Shown: in pieces, positions 19,872 to 29,648 of the stretch
Numbering within the stretch: the first letter of the stretch is position 1
How the letters are laid out: each line of letters begins with the position of its first letter
Source: a virus
Direction: 5' to 3' (one strand)
Length of the DNA: 64,000 nucleotides
Virus record (IMG/VR): IMGVR_UViG_3300036828_000667
Span: 32,001-96,000 of that record
Program-made: the position numbers and the translations under genes
The notes under the pieces: model-generated
The model's input: only the letters and a program-made list of their open reading frames with translations
Databases searched by the model: none
Told to the model about the DNA's origin: nothing

Positions 19872-20376
19872 TTAAATCACCAGTTAGTTAAGTCAGTAAA
19901 AGACGAGGGGAGTATGAGGGGAGTTTTTCAATAGTTTGTCAATTCTACTTAGGTATAGGTTTATATCACACTATGTTACAAACTGTAAGAATGGGATATA
20001 CTTTAGACACGACAAAAAGCCCCATTAGACTATGTCTAGGGGTTTATGGTCATTTGGGGGTTGTTTTTAGGATGTAAGGAGGTGCTGTTGTGGATAGCCT
20101 CTTGGTTTTATCAGGCGCCTGATAAAATTCCCTGGATTACCTGCGGTGCACCACCGTAACCCAGTATGGTTAGGAGAATAGCTTCCCCCTGGAATACAGG
20201 GGCCTGCTCGTCTATTAAAGATCCACGGGCCAGACCGTCAGTCGCTGGATTTTTCTCACCGTGGTAGCAGCCATGGCAGTCGCCGTTAGGTCGGCCCCAT
20301 GGCACCGCTGTAACTCGCGGGTAAACGCATCTTCCATATTAGAAAACGAACTGCTAGTCAACATCACTTGGAGATA

Positions 20377-20438
20377 AAATTGTGCGGTATGGGATGCATG
20401 GGGCAGGTCCGGCAGGGTAAGCGTCGGGGTGGGGTGGA
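20377..20438 (-). ncRNA. Pentamer-code unit, stand-alone
   Basis: + strand ATTGTGCGGTATGGGATGCATGGGGCAGGTCCGGCAGGGTAAGCGTCGGGGTGGGGTGGA; promoter TTGACA(20474-69)-N17-TAATGA on minus strand. Confidence 0.75.
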
Positions 20439-20711
20439 CAAAGCTTCATTACTATCATTGCAATCCATTGTCAAGAAGTCTAAAATCAAGCCTCCCGTCC
20501 TCCCCTGGCTGGAGCATAGGATGAAAAAAGGCCCATATCGCAGAAGAACCCTTGTCAGAAAATACAGGTTTCATCCCTATGAGAATTTTGAGTCAGGTAA
20601 GGGATGGAACCTTCCCCATAACAGAAAAAGGGTAAAGAAACATCATGGTCCAGCACTAAATAAACTAGGTCAATTAAGACGTTTTTGGATTACTGTTACA
20701 AGAACATACAG

Positions 20712-21077
20712 ATGAAAGACCTTACCTATCTCGACAAATACAGAATGCCTATCCCTGAGGTCTGCCTTGTAGGAAGTGGTACAGTCGACCTAAAGTTCAA
20801 CGGAGCCTTTGCATTTGCCATAAAAGGTGTTAGTGTTGTGGTAATAGCAGGACGCGGTAAGGGATGGGATCACGTATCAGTCTCTTGTGAAAACAGAACT
20901 CCAACTTGGGAAGAAATGGAAACGGTCAAGAGGATGTTCTTCAAAGACGATGAAGTAGCCATGCAATTGCATGTAGCTGTTGAGGATCACATCAATATGC
21001 ACCCTTATTGTCTTCATTTATGGCGCAGTTACAATAAGCTTAGGCCAATTCCACTTCCACCAAAAGGATTCGTGTAA
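20712..21077 (+). CDS. Conserved phage hypothetical protein
   Basis: 'GWDHVSVS...RTPTWEEM..VK..FF.DDE..MQLH......N.HPYCLHLW' family motif. Confidence 0.7.
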   Translation: MKDLTYLDKYRMPIPEVCLVGSGTVDLKFNGAFAFAIKGVSVVVIAGRGKGWDHVSVSCENRTPTWEEMETVKRMFFKDDEVAMQLHVAVEDHINMHPYCLHLWRSYNKLRPIPLPPKGFV

Positions 21078-21343
21078 TGAAACGAGCAGATTTCGTTAGA
21101 GCCTACGCAAATCGTTCTGGACTATCAGATAAGTGGGCAAACATAGGGTTGATAGATAGACATGATGGCTGGGTATTTGTAGCTCTGCCTTGTGTATGTG
21201 GTGAAGATGGTTGTCAGGGATGGGCCATGCTCTCAGCTGAGCAAGTCTTACACCACTTACAATTCAATGCTCCTGATGGGCTACGTGAAGCCTATATGAA
21301 ATCTGTTGAAGACGAGGAAGCAAAGACATAGGCATGAATTGAT

Positions 21344-21613
21344 ATGAAGTATAGGCATTACAAACTACCGCAAAGAGGATATAGACACGACTGGAATGAA
21401 GCCAGAAGAATTCACGTATTTCTTCTAAGATGTGAAGGATTGTCATATGGAGAAATTGCATTACGTCTTGGTGTAACCAGACAAGCAGCTAGAGAAATGT
21501 ATCGTAGAGCAGCCCATATGTTAATGTGGGCATGGCGACATATACTACAACCTCATACAATGATAGACCCAGAGTGTAGACTAGAGGCAGAGGAACATGA
21601 GAGCGACGAATAA
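21344..21613 (+). CDS. Sigma-70 region-4-like HTH protein
   Basis: 'GLSYGEIALRLGVTRQAAREMYRRA'. Confidence 0.6.
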   Translation: MKYRHYKLPQRGYRHDWNEARRIHVFLLRCEGLSYGEIALRLGVTRQAAREMYRRAAHMLMWAWRHILQPHTMIDPECRLEAEEHESDE

Positions 21614-22206
21614 CCGTGACTTCCACCCAGTACCGATTTTAGGTGGAGATCACTGTCCGAAGTGTGGTAACATCATGCAAAGGTACACTCATAACCCAAA
21701 GTGGAAGCCTCTCCCTGGCCGTGGCTTCTACAAACACTGGGATCGGTGCATAGACTGTCGGCGATATTACAATCCAGCTGATGCCTATGTTAAAGGAAGT
21801 AAAGATGAGTGATGATTGTAAAAAGCGTCAACTTGCAATGCTCATGATTGATGAAATAGAAAAATCATTGGCACGTGGCACTAAACATTACAACAAGAGT
21901 GGGAAGTTGCTAAAGACACCTAAGGCTGTCTTAGAATGCTTACTTAAAGACGGAAGTGTTGAACTCAAGTATAGGAAAGAGAAGGATGAATAGTGTAGTC
22001 AAATTACTGATAGAAATAGCTGGGGAGGTTGGAAGTGCTGTTGTGTTTGTAGCTGGTCTAAGAGCCTTAGCACTTTCTGTAGTTACAGAAGTAACCTCAA
22101 CTTCCCCAGAGGAACGTGGTAAGATAAATAATCTGATAATCAAAGCAATGGTGTTTATCGCAATTGCTTTTTCATTTCTCATACATACAAGACTATAGGA
22201 GTCGAA

Positions 22207-22587
22207 ATGAAGCTAGTTGGATGTGTGGTTCTCTTATCGGTAGTCTTCTCCCCAGTTGCCTATTCTGAATTTGTCCCTGGTAATGTGTTTATTGAAAGCT
22301 GTAACAACCCTAGTCCTGAACGTCAGGCAGCTTGTATAGGTTTTACGGCAGGGGTTACCGATAGCTATCTCAGGTCTGGTCAATTTTGCTTACCACCAAA
22401 TGTTACTCCAAAAGAGATTTCAGATTTCACGAAGTACTACATCAACAAAACTGTTTCAATCCGCAATCAATCAGCCCTCATGATGGTGCTGTATGCATTG
22501 AAATCACGGTGGCCGTGTGTTAATAGTGGACCACGGATGGTCTTCCAACTACCTCCCCAGTTCCAGTTTCAATTCCGTGGGTTCTAA
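22207..22587 (+). CDS. Rap1a/Tai-family immunity-like exported protein
   Basis: Signal peptide; 'GN.F...C...CIGFTAGV.D...FCLP..VT...I......L...WPC' cysteine pattern. Confidence 0.7.
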   Translation: MKLVGCVVLLSVVFSPVAYSEFVPGNVFIESCNNPSPERQAACIGFTAGVTDSYLRSGQFCLPPNVTPKEISDFTKYYINKTVSIRNQSALMMVLYALKSRWPCVNSGPRMVFQLPPQFQFQFRGF

Positions 22588-23212
22588 AGGAACAGTACGA
22601 TGATGACAAAAATCTACCTGATCGACCCGGGGGCATCAGACGGTTATCCTGGTCTTGTAAAAGAAATTGTCAGAGAGAACATCGAAGCGTTCGATATTGT
22701 CGAGTACACGAATTTATATGGAAAACATGGGTATTACGTGTTTGACGGCATGGTAAAAGATGATATCGTTTACAGACGGGTGATTCGCGTCGCTAGAATT
22801 GCAGAAAAGAAGGAACAAAAGAATGGCCAAGGCGGTCAGACGACCTCCGAAGGGACACCATGATGGCAGTGGAATAAAACTTGCTGTCAAATTTACACCG
22901 AAGCTTTTTAAAAGAATAAACGAACGGGCAACCAAACATAACAAAAACTTTTCAGAAATCGTGAATGAGACTTGTGAATGTGGTCTATTATGCTTGGAAG
23001 AATCGGAGCGGGACGAGCCTAATTATAAGACAGTGGTGAGCCAACATGAAGATCGGGCCTAGGTTCTAAAGCTTCCTGGACAGCCTAGGTCTGACGGTGG
23101 AGGAGTACAGGACTATACCTTAGTGCCCCCAGTACTCCTCCACTACACTATAAGGAATCCCATAGCAAATGACGAAGGGGGTTCCTAAACTGTAACACTA
23201 GGAGTAACTAAC

Positions 23213-23803
23213 ATGATGAAGCAAACCTCGTTGGCAAGGCATATAACCGTAGAGATTCCTAGTGAGAACTCAGCTGATGTTGACTTTCTTCATGAGCTAG
23301 AAGAAGCTCATGACCACGACAATTTGAAAGACGTAGGTGCTGGTGTCGAGAAAGCATTCAAGGACAGAGTTGAAAAAGAGTTCTCAGGACAAGACATTAC
23401 ACCAAAGACACGGGCGTCCATCACAGACTTCTGTATATATTTAATGTCGATTGCAAAATTTTACGGTTATGATCTTTTACTAGGTGGGTTTATTACTACT
23501 GTTCACGAAGACATGTTTTCTGTACGAACTCAACCTACCAAAGGGATTACGGCTCTCATAGAGTCAACGTTCACGTATTTTGACGATGAGGGAAACTATA
23601 AACTCACTGCCAATGGTTTCATGAGAAGGGATTGGGCAACTGCCCCAGACGATCCAGTCAGCCGACGTAATCAGATCCTGAGAGATAACAACGATATTTT
23701 TCCCGGATTGCAATACAGTAATGCCAACACCAATAAGCTCCATATTCATATAGAAATAACAGGACAGTTCCCGCTATTAATCCTCCCAGTTACCTACCAA
23801 TAA
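23213..23803 (+). CDS. Hypothetical protein (C-terminus paralogous to 23838-24098)
   Basis: Shared 'F.YF...G......G.MR.DWAT......RR.QI..DN' motif. Confidence 0.55.
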   Translation: MMKQTSLARHITVEIPSENSADVDFLHELEEAHDHDNLKDVGAGVEKAFKDRVEKEFSGQDITPKTRASITDFCIYLMSIAKFYGYDLLLGGFITTVHEDMFSVRTQPTKGITALIESTFTYFDDEGNYKLTANGFMRRDWATAPDDPVSRRNQILRDNNDIFPGLQYSNANTNKLHIHIEITGQFPLLILPVTYQ

Positions 23804-23837
23804 ATTATAGGGGCTGGGAAGATGGGGGGATTATTGT

Positions 23838-24098
23838 ATGTCCAATGTAATCAACTTACCTATAATGGTAAGAGCGAGATTCTCTTATTTTAATACCAAA
23901 GGTATATTTCAATTATCAGCAGACGGTCATATGAGGCAAGATTGGGCTACTCACTCCAATCTGCCACGGCCTAGACGTACCCAAATCATCCAAGACAATA
24001 AAGGAATGCCAGGAATGCCTGGAAGGGCTTCCGCGTATTTCATACATATTGTCACACAGGATAAGAAACGAACTCTCGTACTTCCGGAGACACCTTGA
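23838..24098 (+). CDS. Hypothetical protein, paralog of the upstream gene
   Basis: Same DWAT motif. Confidence 0.55.
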   Translation: MSNVINLPIMVRARFSYFNTKGIFQLSADGHMRQDWATHSNLPRPRRTQIIQDNKGMPGMPGRASAYFIHIVTQDKKRTLVLPETP

Positions 24099-24158
24099 AC
24101 AGGGAGGAAAATCAGAACTCAACATGAACAACAAGCAGAAAACCGTAATCACCTATAG

Positions 24159-24437
24159 ATGAAATACTCTAAGGATCGGAGACAAACCATGGATCACGCT
24201 GAACTTCTTGCTAACCTCAATACAGCACTAGACAACTTCGTGAACAGTAGTGATGGAACTAAGCAAGAACTGAAAGATGATCTCGAAGACTTTCGAGACG
24301 ATATAGACGGACGTATCATGGCCCTGGAAGAAGAAATCGAGGAGGAGCAAGGCGAAGATACAGATGAAGATGAAGGAGATGACGGTGAGGAAGCGCCGAT
24401 TGTAGAAACGGGAGAAATGGGAGAAGAGCCGAAGTAA
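24159..24437 (+). CDS. Highly acidic small protein
   Basis: D/E-rich C-terminal half; GGAG RBS before the internal Met. Confidence 0.5.
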   Translation: MKYSKDRRQTMDHAELLANLNTALDNFVNSSDGTKQELKDDLEDFRDDIDGRIMALEEEIEEEQGEDTDEDEGDDGEEAPIVETGEMGEEPK

Positions 24438-24445
24438 TAGAGATT

Positions 24446-24483
24446 AAGTCATCCTCTGTTTTTGAAATGACAGAGGATGACTT
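24446..24483. terminator. Perfect 14-bp hairpin at the 3' end of a minus-strand pentamer unit
   Basis: AAGTCATCCTCTGT-N10-ACAGAGGATGACTT. Confidence 0.65.
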
Positions 24484-24545
24484 GTGCGGTTTGGTTAGGA
24501 ATGCAGTGGCTCGGCAGGGTTCGCTTCGGTTTGGTATGGTTCGAA
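24482..24545 (-). ncRNA. Pentamer-code unit, stand-alone
   Basis: + strand TTGTGCGGTTTGGTTAGGAATGCAGTGGCTCGGCAGGGTTCGCTTCGGTTTGGTATGGTTCG; promoter TTGACA(24581-76)-N17-TACGTC on minus strand. Confidence 0.78.
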
Positions 24546-24565
24546 CATGCGGGACGTAGCAGAAC

Positions 24566-25183
24566 TTGACCGTCTTGTCAAATGGGTGCAAAATGTCCAA
24601 GAAGTTCTCAATATCAGTGGACCATAATGCATTAAGGCAATTTCCGTTTCTGGATCGACTCCAGAAACAACAATTCCCCATTTCAACCCTCAATGAAGTT
24701 ATGTACGTTCTTGAAAATAGACCTGAAGGATTCAAAATCGAGTTGGTTTATAGTGTATTGAAAGTGTCGTTAATTAACGTCAATAGAGACACCAATGACG
24801 ACTACTTGGGATTGCCGAAGATTGAAGGTCAGTTGAAAGACCTGTGTGATGTGATCAGAGAGACCACGTCATATGGAACACGTGGGGGAGTCGACCCAAG
24901 GACACAAATATATTATAGTAGGAAGTCGTCTATTCTACAGGGTAGTAACCTTAGTGATGATGCTCTGATAGCTCCTAATTATGTTTCTAATAGAGGTTTG
25001 AGAAAACGCCATCCTCTTGATCTTGTGTCCACAGAAGAGGTCGTTAAAAGAAGGGAACTTGCTAACCGACACTGGCAAGAACAGAAAAAAGAGCAACGAA
25101 GAAAACAACAGTCCAGTATCAACTCAAAAATCCGGAATGCTCAGGACTTTTTGACAAGAAGCAATTTTGACAAGAAGCAATAA
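24566..25183 (+). CDS. Hypothetical protein
   Basis: 205-aa ORF (start probably the internal Met). Confidence 0.5.
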   Translation: MTVLSNGCKMSKKFSISVDHNALRQFPFLDRLQKQQFPISTLNEVMYVLENRPEGFKIELVYSVLKVSLINVNRDTNDDYLGLPKIEGQLKDLCDVIRETTSYGTRGGVDPRTQIYYSRKSSILQGSNLSDDALIAPNYVSNRGLRKRHPLDLVSTEEVVKRRELANRHWQEQKKEQRRKQQSSINSKIRNAQDFLTRSNFDKKQ

Positions 25184-25195
25184 TAATGTTAACCT
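25167..25195 (+). promoter_or_regulatory. Sigma70-type promoter of a pentamer unit
   Basis: TTGACA(25167)-N17-TAACCT(25190); the -35 lies in a 16-bp tandem duplication TTTTGACAAGAAGCAA x2 (25149-25180). Confidence 0.7.
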
Positions 25196-25200
25196 TCTTC

Positions 25201-25265
25201 GGCGAACCGGTCCAATCCGAACCGACCCTATCCCTACCGGACCCTTGCACAGCATACCGCACATC
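25201..25265 (+). ncRNA. Pentamer-code unit, stand-alone
   Basis: GGCGA ACCGG TCCAA TCCGA ACCGA CCCTA TCCCT ACCGG ACCCT TGCAC AGCAT ACCGC ACATC. Confidence 0.8.
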
Positions 25266-25266
25266 T

Positions 25267-25308
25267 ACCCCTCAGGCTGTATTACACAGCCTGAGGGGTT
25301 ATTATTAT
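25267..25308 (+). terminator. Hairpin after pentamer unit
   Basis: ACCCCTCAGGCTGT-ATTAC-ACAGCCTGAGGGGT followed by TATTATTATT. Confidence 0.7.
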
Positions 25309-25321
25309 TAGGAGGTTAGAG

Positions 25322-25918
25322 ATGGTGACCAAAGAAATGGTAGATGAGTTCTGTAAGCATCTGATTGATGAAGGAAAGATCGTAGAAGCTGGGTGGCTAG
25401 GCTTTAAAATCATGGTGCTTGAACCTGTTGATCTCTCGGAGAATCAAGTCGAAGATATGAAAATGGCATTCTTTGGTGGTGCTTATCATCTGTTCACGTC
25501 GATGACAAGGATGTTAGACCCTGGCAAAGAGCCGTCAGACAATGACATAAAGCGTATAGATCAAATCAATACAGAGCTTGAAGCATTCGTAGGAGTGTTT
25601 GAAGAAGAGCTAAGGAAACGTCAACAGAAACCACCTATATCAGAAGATCCAGCACCAACTCTAGGTGATGCGCCTATCGAACAAGAGTATCGTAGTAAAA
25701 TGCAAGCTGTTGCCATGACCTTAGATAAATTCTTCAATGGCGAGCTTGAAGGAAACGACAGACACACCGGATTTGTCCTACTAGTATTCCCCTTTGAAGA
25801 AAGGGAAGGACGGTGTAACTTCATTTCAAATGGTGCTGATCGAGAGGATGTAGTCACACTTTTCAAAGAAATGATCCAAAAATTTTCTGGCCAACCAGAT
25901 ATAGTTGGACATGCTTAA
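25322..25918 (+). CDS. Two-domain hypothetical phage protein
   Basis: AGGAGG RBS; C-terminal half paralogous to 33986-34246. Confidence 0.6.
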   Translation: MVTKEMVDEFCKHLIDEGKIVEAGWLGFKIMVLEPVDLSENQVEDMKMAFFGGAYHLFTSMTRMLDPGKEPSDNDIKRIDQINTELEAFVGVFEEELRKRQQKPPISEDPAPTLGDAPIEQEYRSKMQAVAMTLDKFFNGELEGNDRHTGFVLLVFPFEEREGRCNFISNGADREDVVTLFKEMIQKFSGQPDIVGHA

Positions 25919-25929
25919 GGAGGTTAACA

Positions 25930-26568
25930 ATGACCAAAAAGGGACCGCCTAACGTTTTTTGTCTACTATGCAATGAAGGATTTGGAAACAATGTTCATCT
26001 AGGTCGTCACGTACTGCAAATGCATGGAATTAACTTTGCCGATTATGATTGGTACAAAGTACAGAATAACATCGAACCACCTTGCTGTGCCAATTGTCAA
26101 GGTCCAGCAAAGATACACTCAGGTCGATATATAAAATTTTGCAGCACTGAGTGTAGTAGCGCCGGCCATATGATTTCTGACGAAGCTAGAGAAAGAGTTG
26201 CGAAGAGTGCGAAGCTAGTAGGTCTAGCAAATCGTACACATGGCGAAAGTAGTAAAGATAATCTGACACCTGAATATAGAGCGTATCACAGTATGCTCTC
26301 ACGATGCTTGAACTCAGCTGACGCACGCTATCCTAATTATGGCGGGAGAGGCATCAAAATCTGTGACCGTTGGCTTGGTGAAAATGGCTTCCGCCATTTT
26401 CTTGAAGATATGGGACGTAGACCGTCTAGCGACTTATCTCTTGATCGCTATCCCAACAATAATGGAAATTATGAGCCAAACAACTGCCGTTGGGCAACAC
26501 GTAGCCAGCAACAGCGTAATAAGAGTCGTGTAAAATCACTAGACAATCCTCCCGATATACTACCATGA
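25930..26568 (+). CDS. HNH-like endonuclease with N-terminal Zn finger
   Basis: C2H2 'CLLC...H...H'; 'YGGRGIKICDRW...F..DMG.RP...SLDR...NGNYEPNNCRWAT'. Confidence 0.8.
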   Translation: MTKKGPPNVFCLLCNEGFGNNVHLGRHVLQMHGINFADYDWYKVQNNIEPPCCANCQGPAKIHSGRYIKFCSTECSSAGHMISDEARERVAKSAKLVGLANRTHGESSKDNLTPEYRAYHSMLSRCLNSADARYPNYGGRGIKICDRWLGENGFRHFLEDMGRRPSSDLSLDRYPNNNGNYEPNNCRWATRSQQQRNKSRVKSLDNPPDILP

Positions 26569-27140
26569 AATCAAAAACAATAAAACTTATCAGGAACCGT
26601 AACGTCCCCTTACCTGGGGACGTATATATTAAGAGGCTTGCTGTGTATCGTGTCGTCATGTACGATGAGACTAACGATACTACACTATTCGCTACCACTA
26701 ACGATATCATTACTATCTATGGTCAAATACCACGGTTGGAGATAAGAAAAAACGACTTTTACCCTTGTCCCTACCAGCTACTAGGTCCTGCCATTCAGGT
26801 ATTCGAACTAGATGAAAAATACAGTGAAAAGAGTCTAGTAAACCTACAAGACTATCGCTTACAGCATGTCAAAACATATGAGAGGATCGGCCTACCTGAA
26901 TTGTTTGAAGACATTGAAGACGCAAGGACTAGAGTTTACACAGTGCCAGACGAGCAAGGAGAACAATTTCCTGGACTGAAAGGAAAGTCGTTCCAGGTAT
27001 TGGTACCTTTCATGTGCATCTCAAAAGGGACATATAAAGAACGTTATCAGACACTTGACTTGCCAGCTGATAAGGGGTATTTCAAAGCAATGAGATATAC
27101 GGCATGGCCAATCTTCTACGTCCCCAGTAGATTTGAATAA
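26565..27140 (+). CDS. Hypothetical protein
   Basis: 191-aa ORF with 4-bp overlap. Confidence 0.5.
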   Translation: MKSKTIKLIRNRNVPLPGDVYIKRLAVYRVVMYDETNDTTLFATTNDIITIYGQIPRLEIRKNDFYPCPYQLLGPAIQVFELDEKYSEKSLVNLQDYRLQHVKTYERIGLPELFEDIEDARTRVYTVPDEQGEQFPGLKGKSFQVLVPFMCISKGTYKERYQTLDLPADKGYFKAMRYTAWPIFYVPSRFE

Positions 27141-27418
27141 TCACTTGCGTCGTACCATCAGAGATGATAGGGAGCCAATCATGACATTCCTGGTGACGTG
27201 ATATGAGGTAATTATATGAGACGGTCAGATGATTTGCTGATACTTTTAATTCGAGAACACCATATACAACTATCACCAAGAACTGTGAAATCACTACTAA
27301 CTAGCATAGGTCTCTTGTCCAACAACAAATATCTAAGTGCAACTCAGGTGAAAAAGTTCAGAAAACCACGGATAAGTTCTAGTTCTAAAAAAGTAGCAGT
27401 AAAAAGAGGGAAAGTAAC

Positions 27419-27661
27419 ATGACGAAGCATGTAATGAATATTCTAGATCAAACTGGCCACACTACTATCGGATGGGATGCAGGCAACGAACAGGAAATAG
27501 CTATTGCTAAAGAAGCTTTCGATAGTGCTATAAAGAAAGGATACCATGCGTTTCACGTTATTGAAGAAAAGGGTGGAGAGACTAGACGTGGAGAACGTAT
27601 GACAAGATTTGATTCTGACGCAGAACGGATGATCCTGATGCCGCAATTACAAGGAGGTTGA
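27419..27661 (+). CDS. Small protein ending in Gly-Gly
   Basis: ...ERMILMPQLQGG-stop. Confidence 0.6.
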   Translation: MTKHVMNILDQTGHTTIGWDAGNEQEIAIAKEAFDSAIKKGYHAFHVIEEKGGETRRGERMTRFDSDAERMILMPQLQGG

Positions 27662-27662
27662 T

Positions 27663-28346
27663 ATGATATTTGCCGCCTATCAACGATCTATAGGCATCTC
27701 CACACCTCTCCCACAGTCTGTAATTTTTACAATGGCCGACTCTATGACAAATACCTGTAGCTCAACCTATCCAACCTATCCAGTCTGGCATAATAACATA
27801 ATAGTTTTTAACGACAGTACTCGTACATATAGTGTATATAACCCCACCACCTGTACCAACAACACGGTTGCAAGCACCTGTTTTCCTATTATACTCCAAT
27901 GGCCAGATTGGCATGATCACATTTCTATGCCAAACATTATCCAAGAAAGGATGGAGGCAGAGAACGCTAGGCTAGAACTCCAAAGACAAGCTATTGCGGA
28001 AGCTAATAGAATTGAAATGGAGAGAGCTAAGGAAAGAAGACTTAGCTCTGAGAAGGCCAAGCAGTTACTTCTAGAACACCTAACGTCTGAACAACGTGAA
28101 ACAGTTGAGAAGAATGGATGGTTTGTTATCGAAGGTGGTCGATCGAAGAAACGTTACCGGATAAGATCCAGTGGTGTTACTGGTAATGTTGAGGAGATGG
28201 ATGGAGAAAGAGTCATAGCCAAATATTGTTGTCACATATCACATAGTTATCCACGCTCGGACCATCATCTCACCCAAAAGCTCATGCTAGAATGGGATGA
28301 AGAAACCTTCTTACGACTAGCTAATAAAACTGCGATAGGCTCATAG
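27663..28346 (+). CDS. Hypothetical protein
   Basis: 'AKQLLLEHLT.EQR......GWF.IEG..S.KRYRI...C.H......D..L.QKL.L..DE..FL..AN'. Confidence 0.6.
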   Translation: MIFAAYQRSIGISTPLPQSVIFTMADSMTNTCSSTYPTYPVWHNNIIVFNDSTRTYSVYNPTTCTNNTVASTCFPIILQWPDWHDHISMPNIIQERMEAENARLELQRQAIAEANRIEMERAKERRLSSEKAKQLLLEHLTSEQRETVEKNGWFVIEGGRSKKRYRIRSSGVTGNVEEMDGERVIAKYCCHISHSYPRSDHHLTQKLMLEWDEETFLRLANKTAIGS

Positions 28347-28902
28347 TCTCTCAAATGACAACCAGCAACCTGTACGGTTATGCTCGGCCTTGGTGGAGAC
28401 AAGCAAGCGTAGCCTTTGATCTTTGACCAGTTCAAGAAACTCCTCGCAGTGTGGTAGTCGCAAAAACTCATTGGTTGCTTCAGTAAGATCGTCTAGGGGA
28501 ACGAATGAATCCTGCCAGTGCGCACCAATGAGCAATGTGATCTGGACTGTCAGTTCGTCTTTTTGGGTAGTCATGTGCTCTCGCCTGTAATAAGGTGTGT
28601 AAAAAGGAATGTAACAATGAAAAAACGAATTATCAAGAAGGCCATGCGAAAAAATATGGTGTGGTGCACCCATGAAGTCTATGCCCCAAACATATTACCG
28701 TGTTCAGATCTTAACTGCCCCTTCAAGGAAGACAAAGCCCGCTTAGCCAAGCCAAAAGAACTCAAGCAATGCAGGTCATTTCAAATAACCAAGCCTACTG
28801 ACGAGTTCGAAAACTCGGTTAGCGTCCTCATAGCAAAGAGAAAAGCAGTACCTGAGATAATACCAGATAAAACCATTAGACGAAAGATAGCAGTCGCCTG
28901 AG

Positions 28903-29328
28903 ATGGTGAAGATACGTAATGTCGACCTGAGTGATCTAGTCGACCAATTCAAGGACTTCACAAAAGTCCTTGGACCCGAGGAGGTCAAAATCCTCTCTGA
29001 TGCTGATCTCCTCCTACATGTTACCATACCTCATGACGAACCTGGGAAGCTAGCCTACTTAAGCAAGAGCGCTCAAATCCAATCTAAGCTCAATAACCTT
29101 CTTTCACGACTATCCTATATTTTTAATATGACCACTATCGATAGAGATAGTTATTGGGGAAACTTGATAGAATCACAAGAAGTCGAAGGCCGAGAAAAAC
29201 GATACATAGCCTTAACACGTGATCCTAAATTCAGAGATTTAGAAGAGACCAAGTCAGCCTTGGAAGTCATACGGGATCACACTAGTAGTTTACTTTGGAT
29301 ACTCAAAACCATAGCCGGGAGGCTGTAA
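28903..29328 (+). CDS. Helical hypothetical protein
   Basis: 141-aa ORF, coiled-coil-like. Confidence 0.5.
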   Translation: MVKIRNVDLSDLVDQFKDFTKVLGPEEVKILSDADLLLHVTIPHDEPGKLAYLSKSAQIQSKLNNLLSRLSYIFNMTTIDRDSYWGNLIESQEVEGREKRYIALTRDPKFRDLEETKSALEVIRDHTSSLLWILKTIAGRL

Positions 29329-29329
29329 A

Positions 29330-29611
29330 TTGGCAAAAGCAACAACGCGAGAACGTCAACCATTGACTAAGCGTGCGTTGCGTATTTATATAATAGTCAA
29401 ACAGTACGGTCCCCCAGTAGGACTTCCTATGTCCGTAGTGGACATACAGAAATATATTCCAGAAATAACCGTTGATTGTATCAGTCCACGTATGCCAGAG
29501 CTTCGTGAAAAAAGATGGCTTCTGCGTATTGGAAAAGCACCGCGTCCAAATCGAACTGGACGTTCGCAAAGCCAGTGGGTTTATAGAGTAATTAACGAGG
29601 ATGAACTTTGA
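29330..29611 (+). CDS. Winged-HTH-like protein
   Basis: 'ISPRMPEL...WL.R.G..R.N.TGRSQ..W'. Confidence 0.45.
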   Translation: MAKATTRERQPLTKRALRIYIIVKQYGPPVGLPMSVVDIQKYIPEITVDCISPRMPELREKRWLLRIGKAPRPNRTGRSQSQWVYRVINEDEL

Positions 29612-29648
29612 GTGGCAACAGATGGACGTGTAGCTCAGCGGTAGCATC

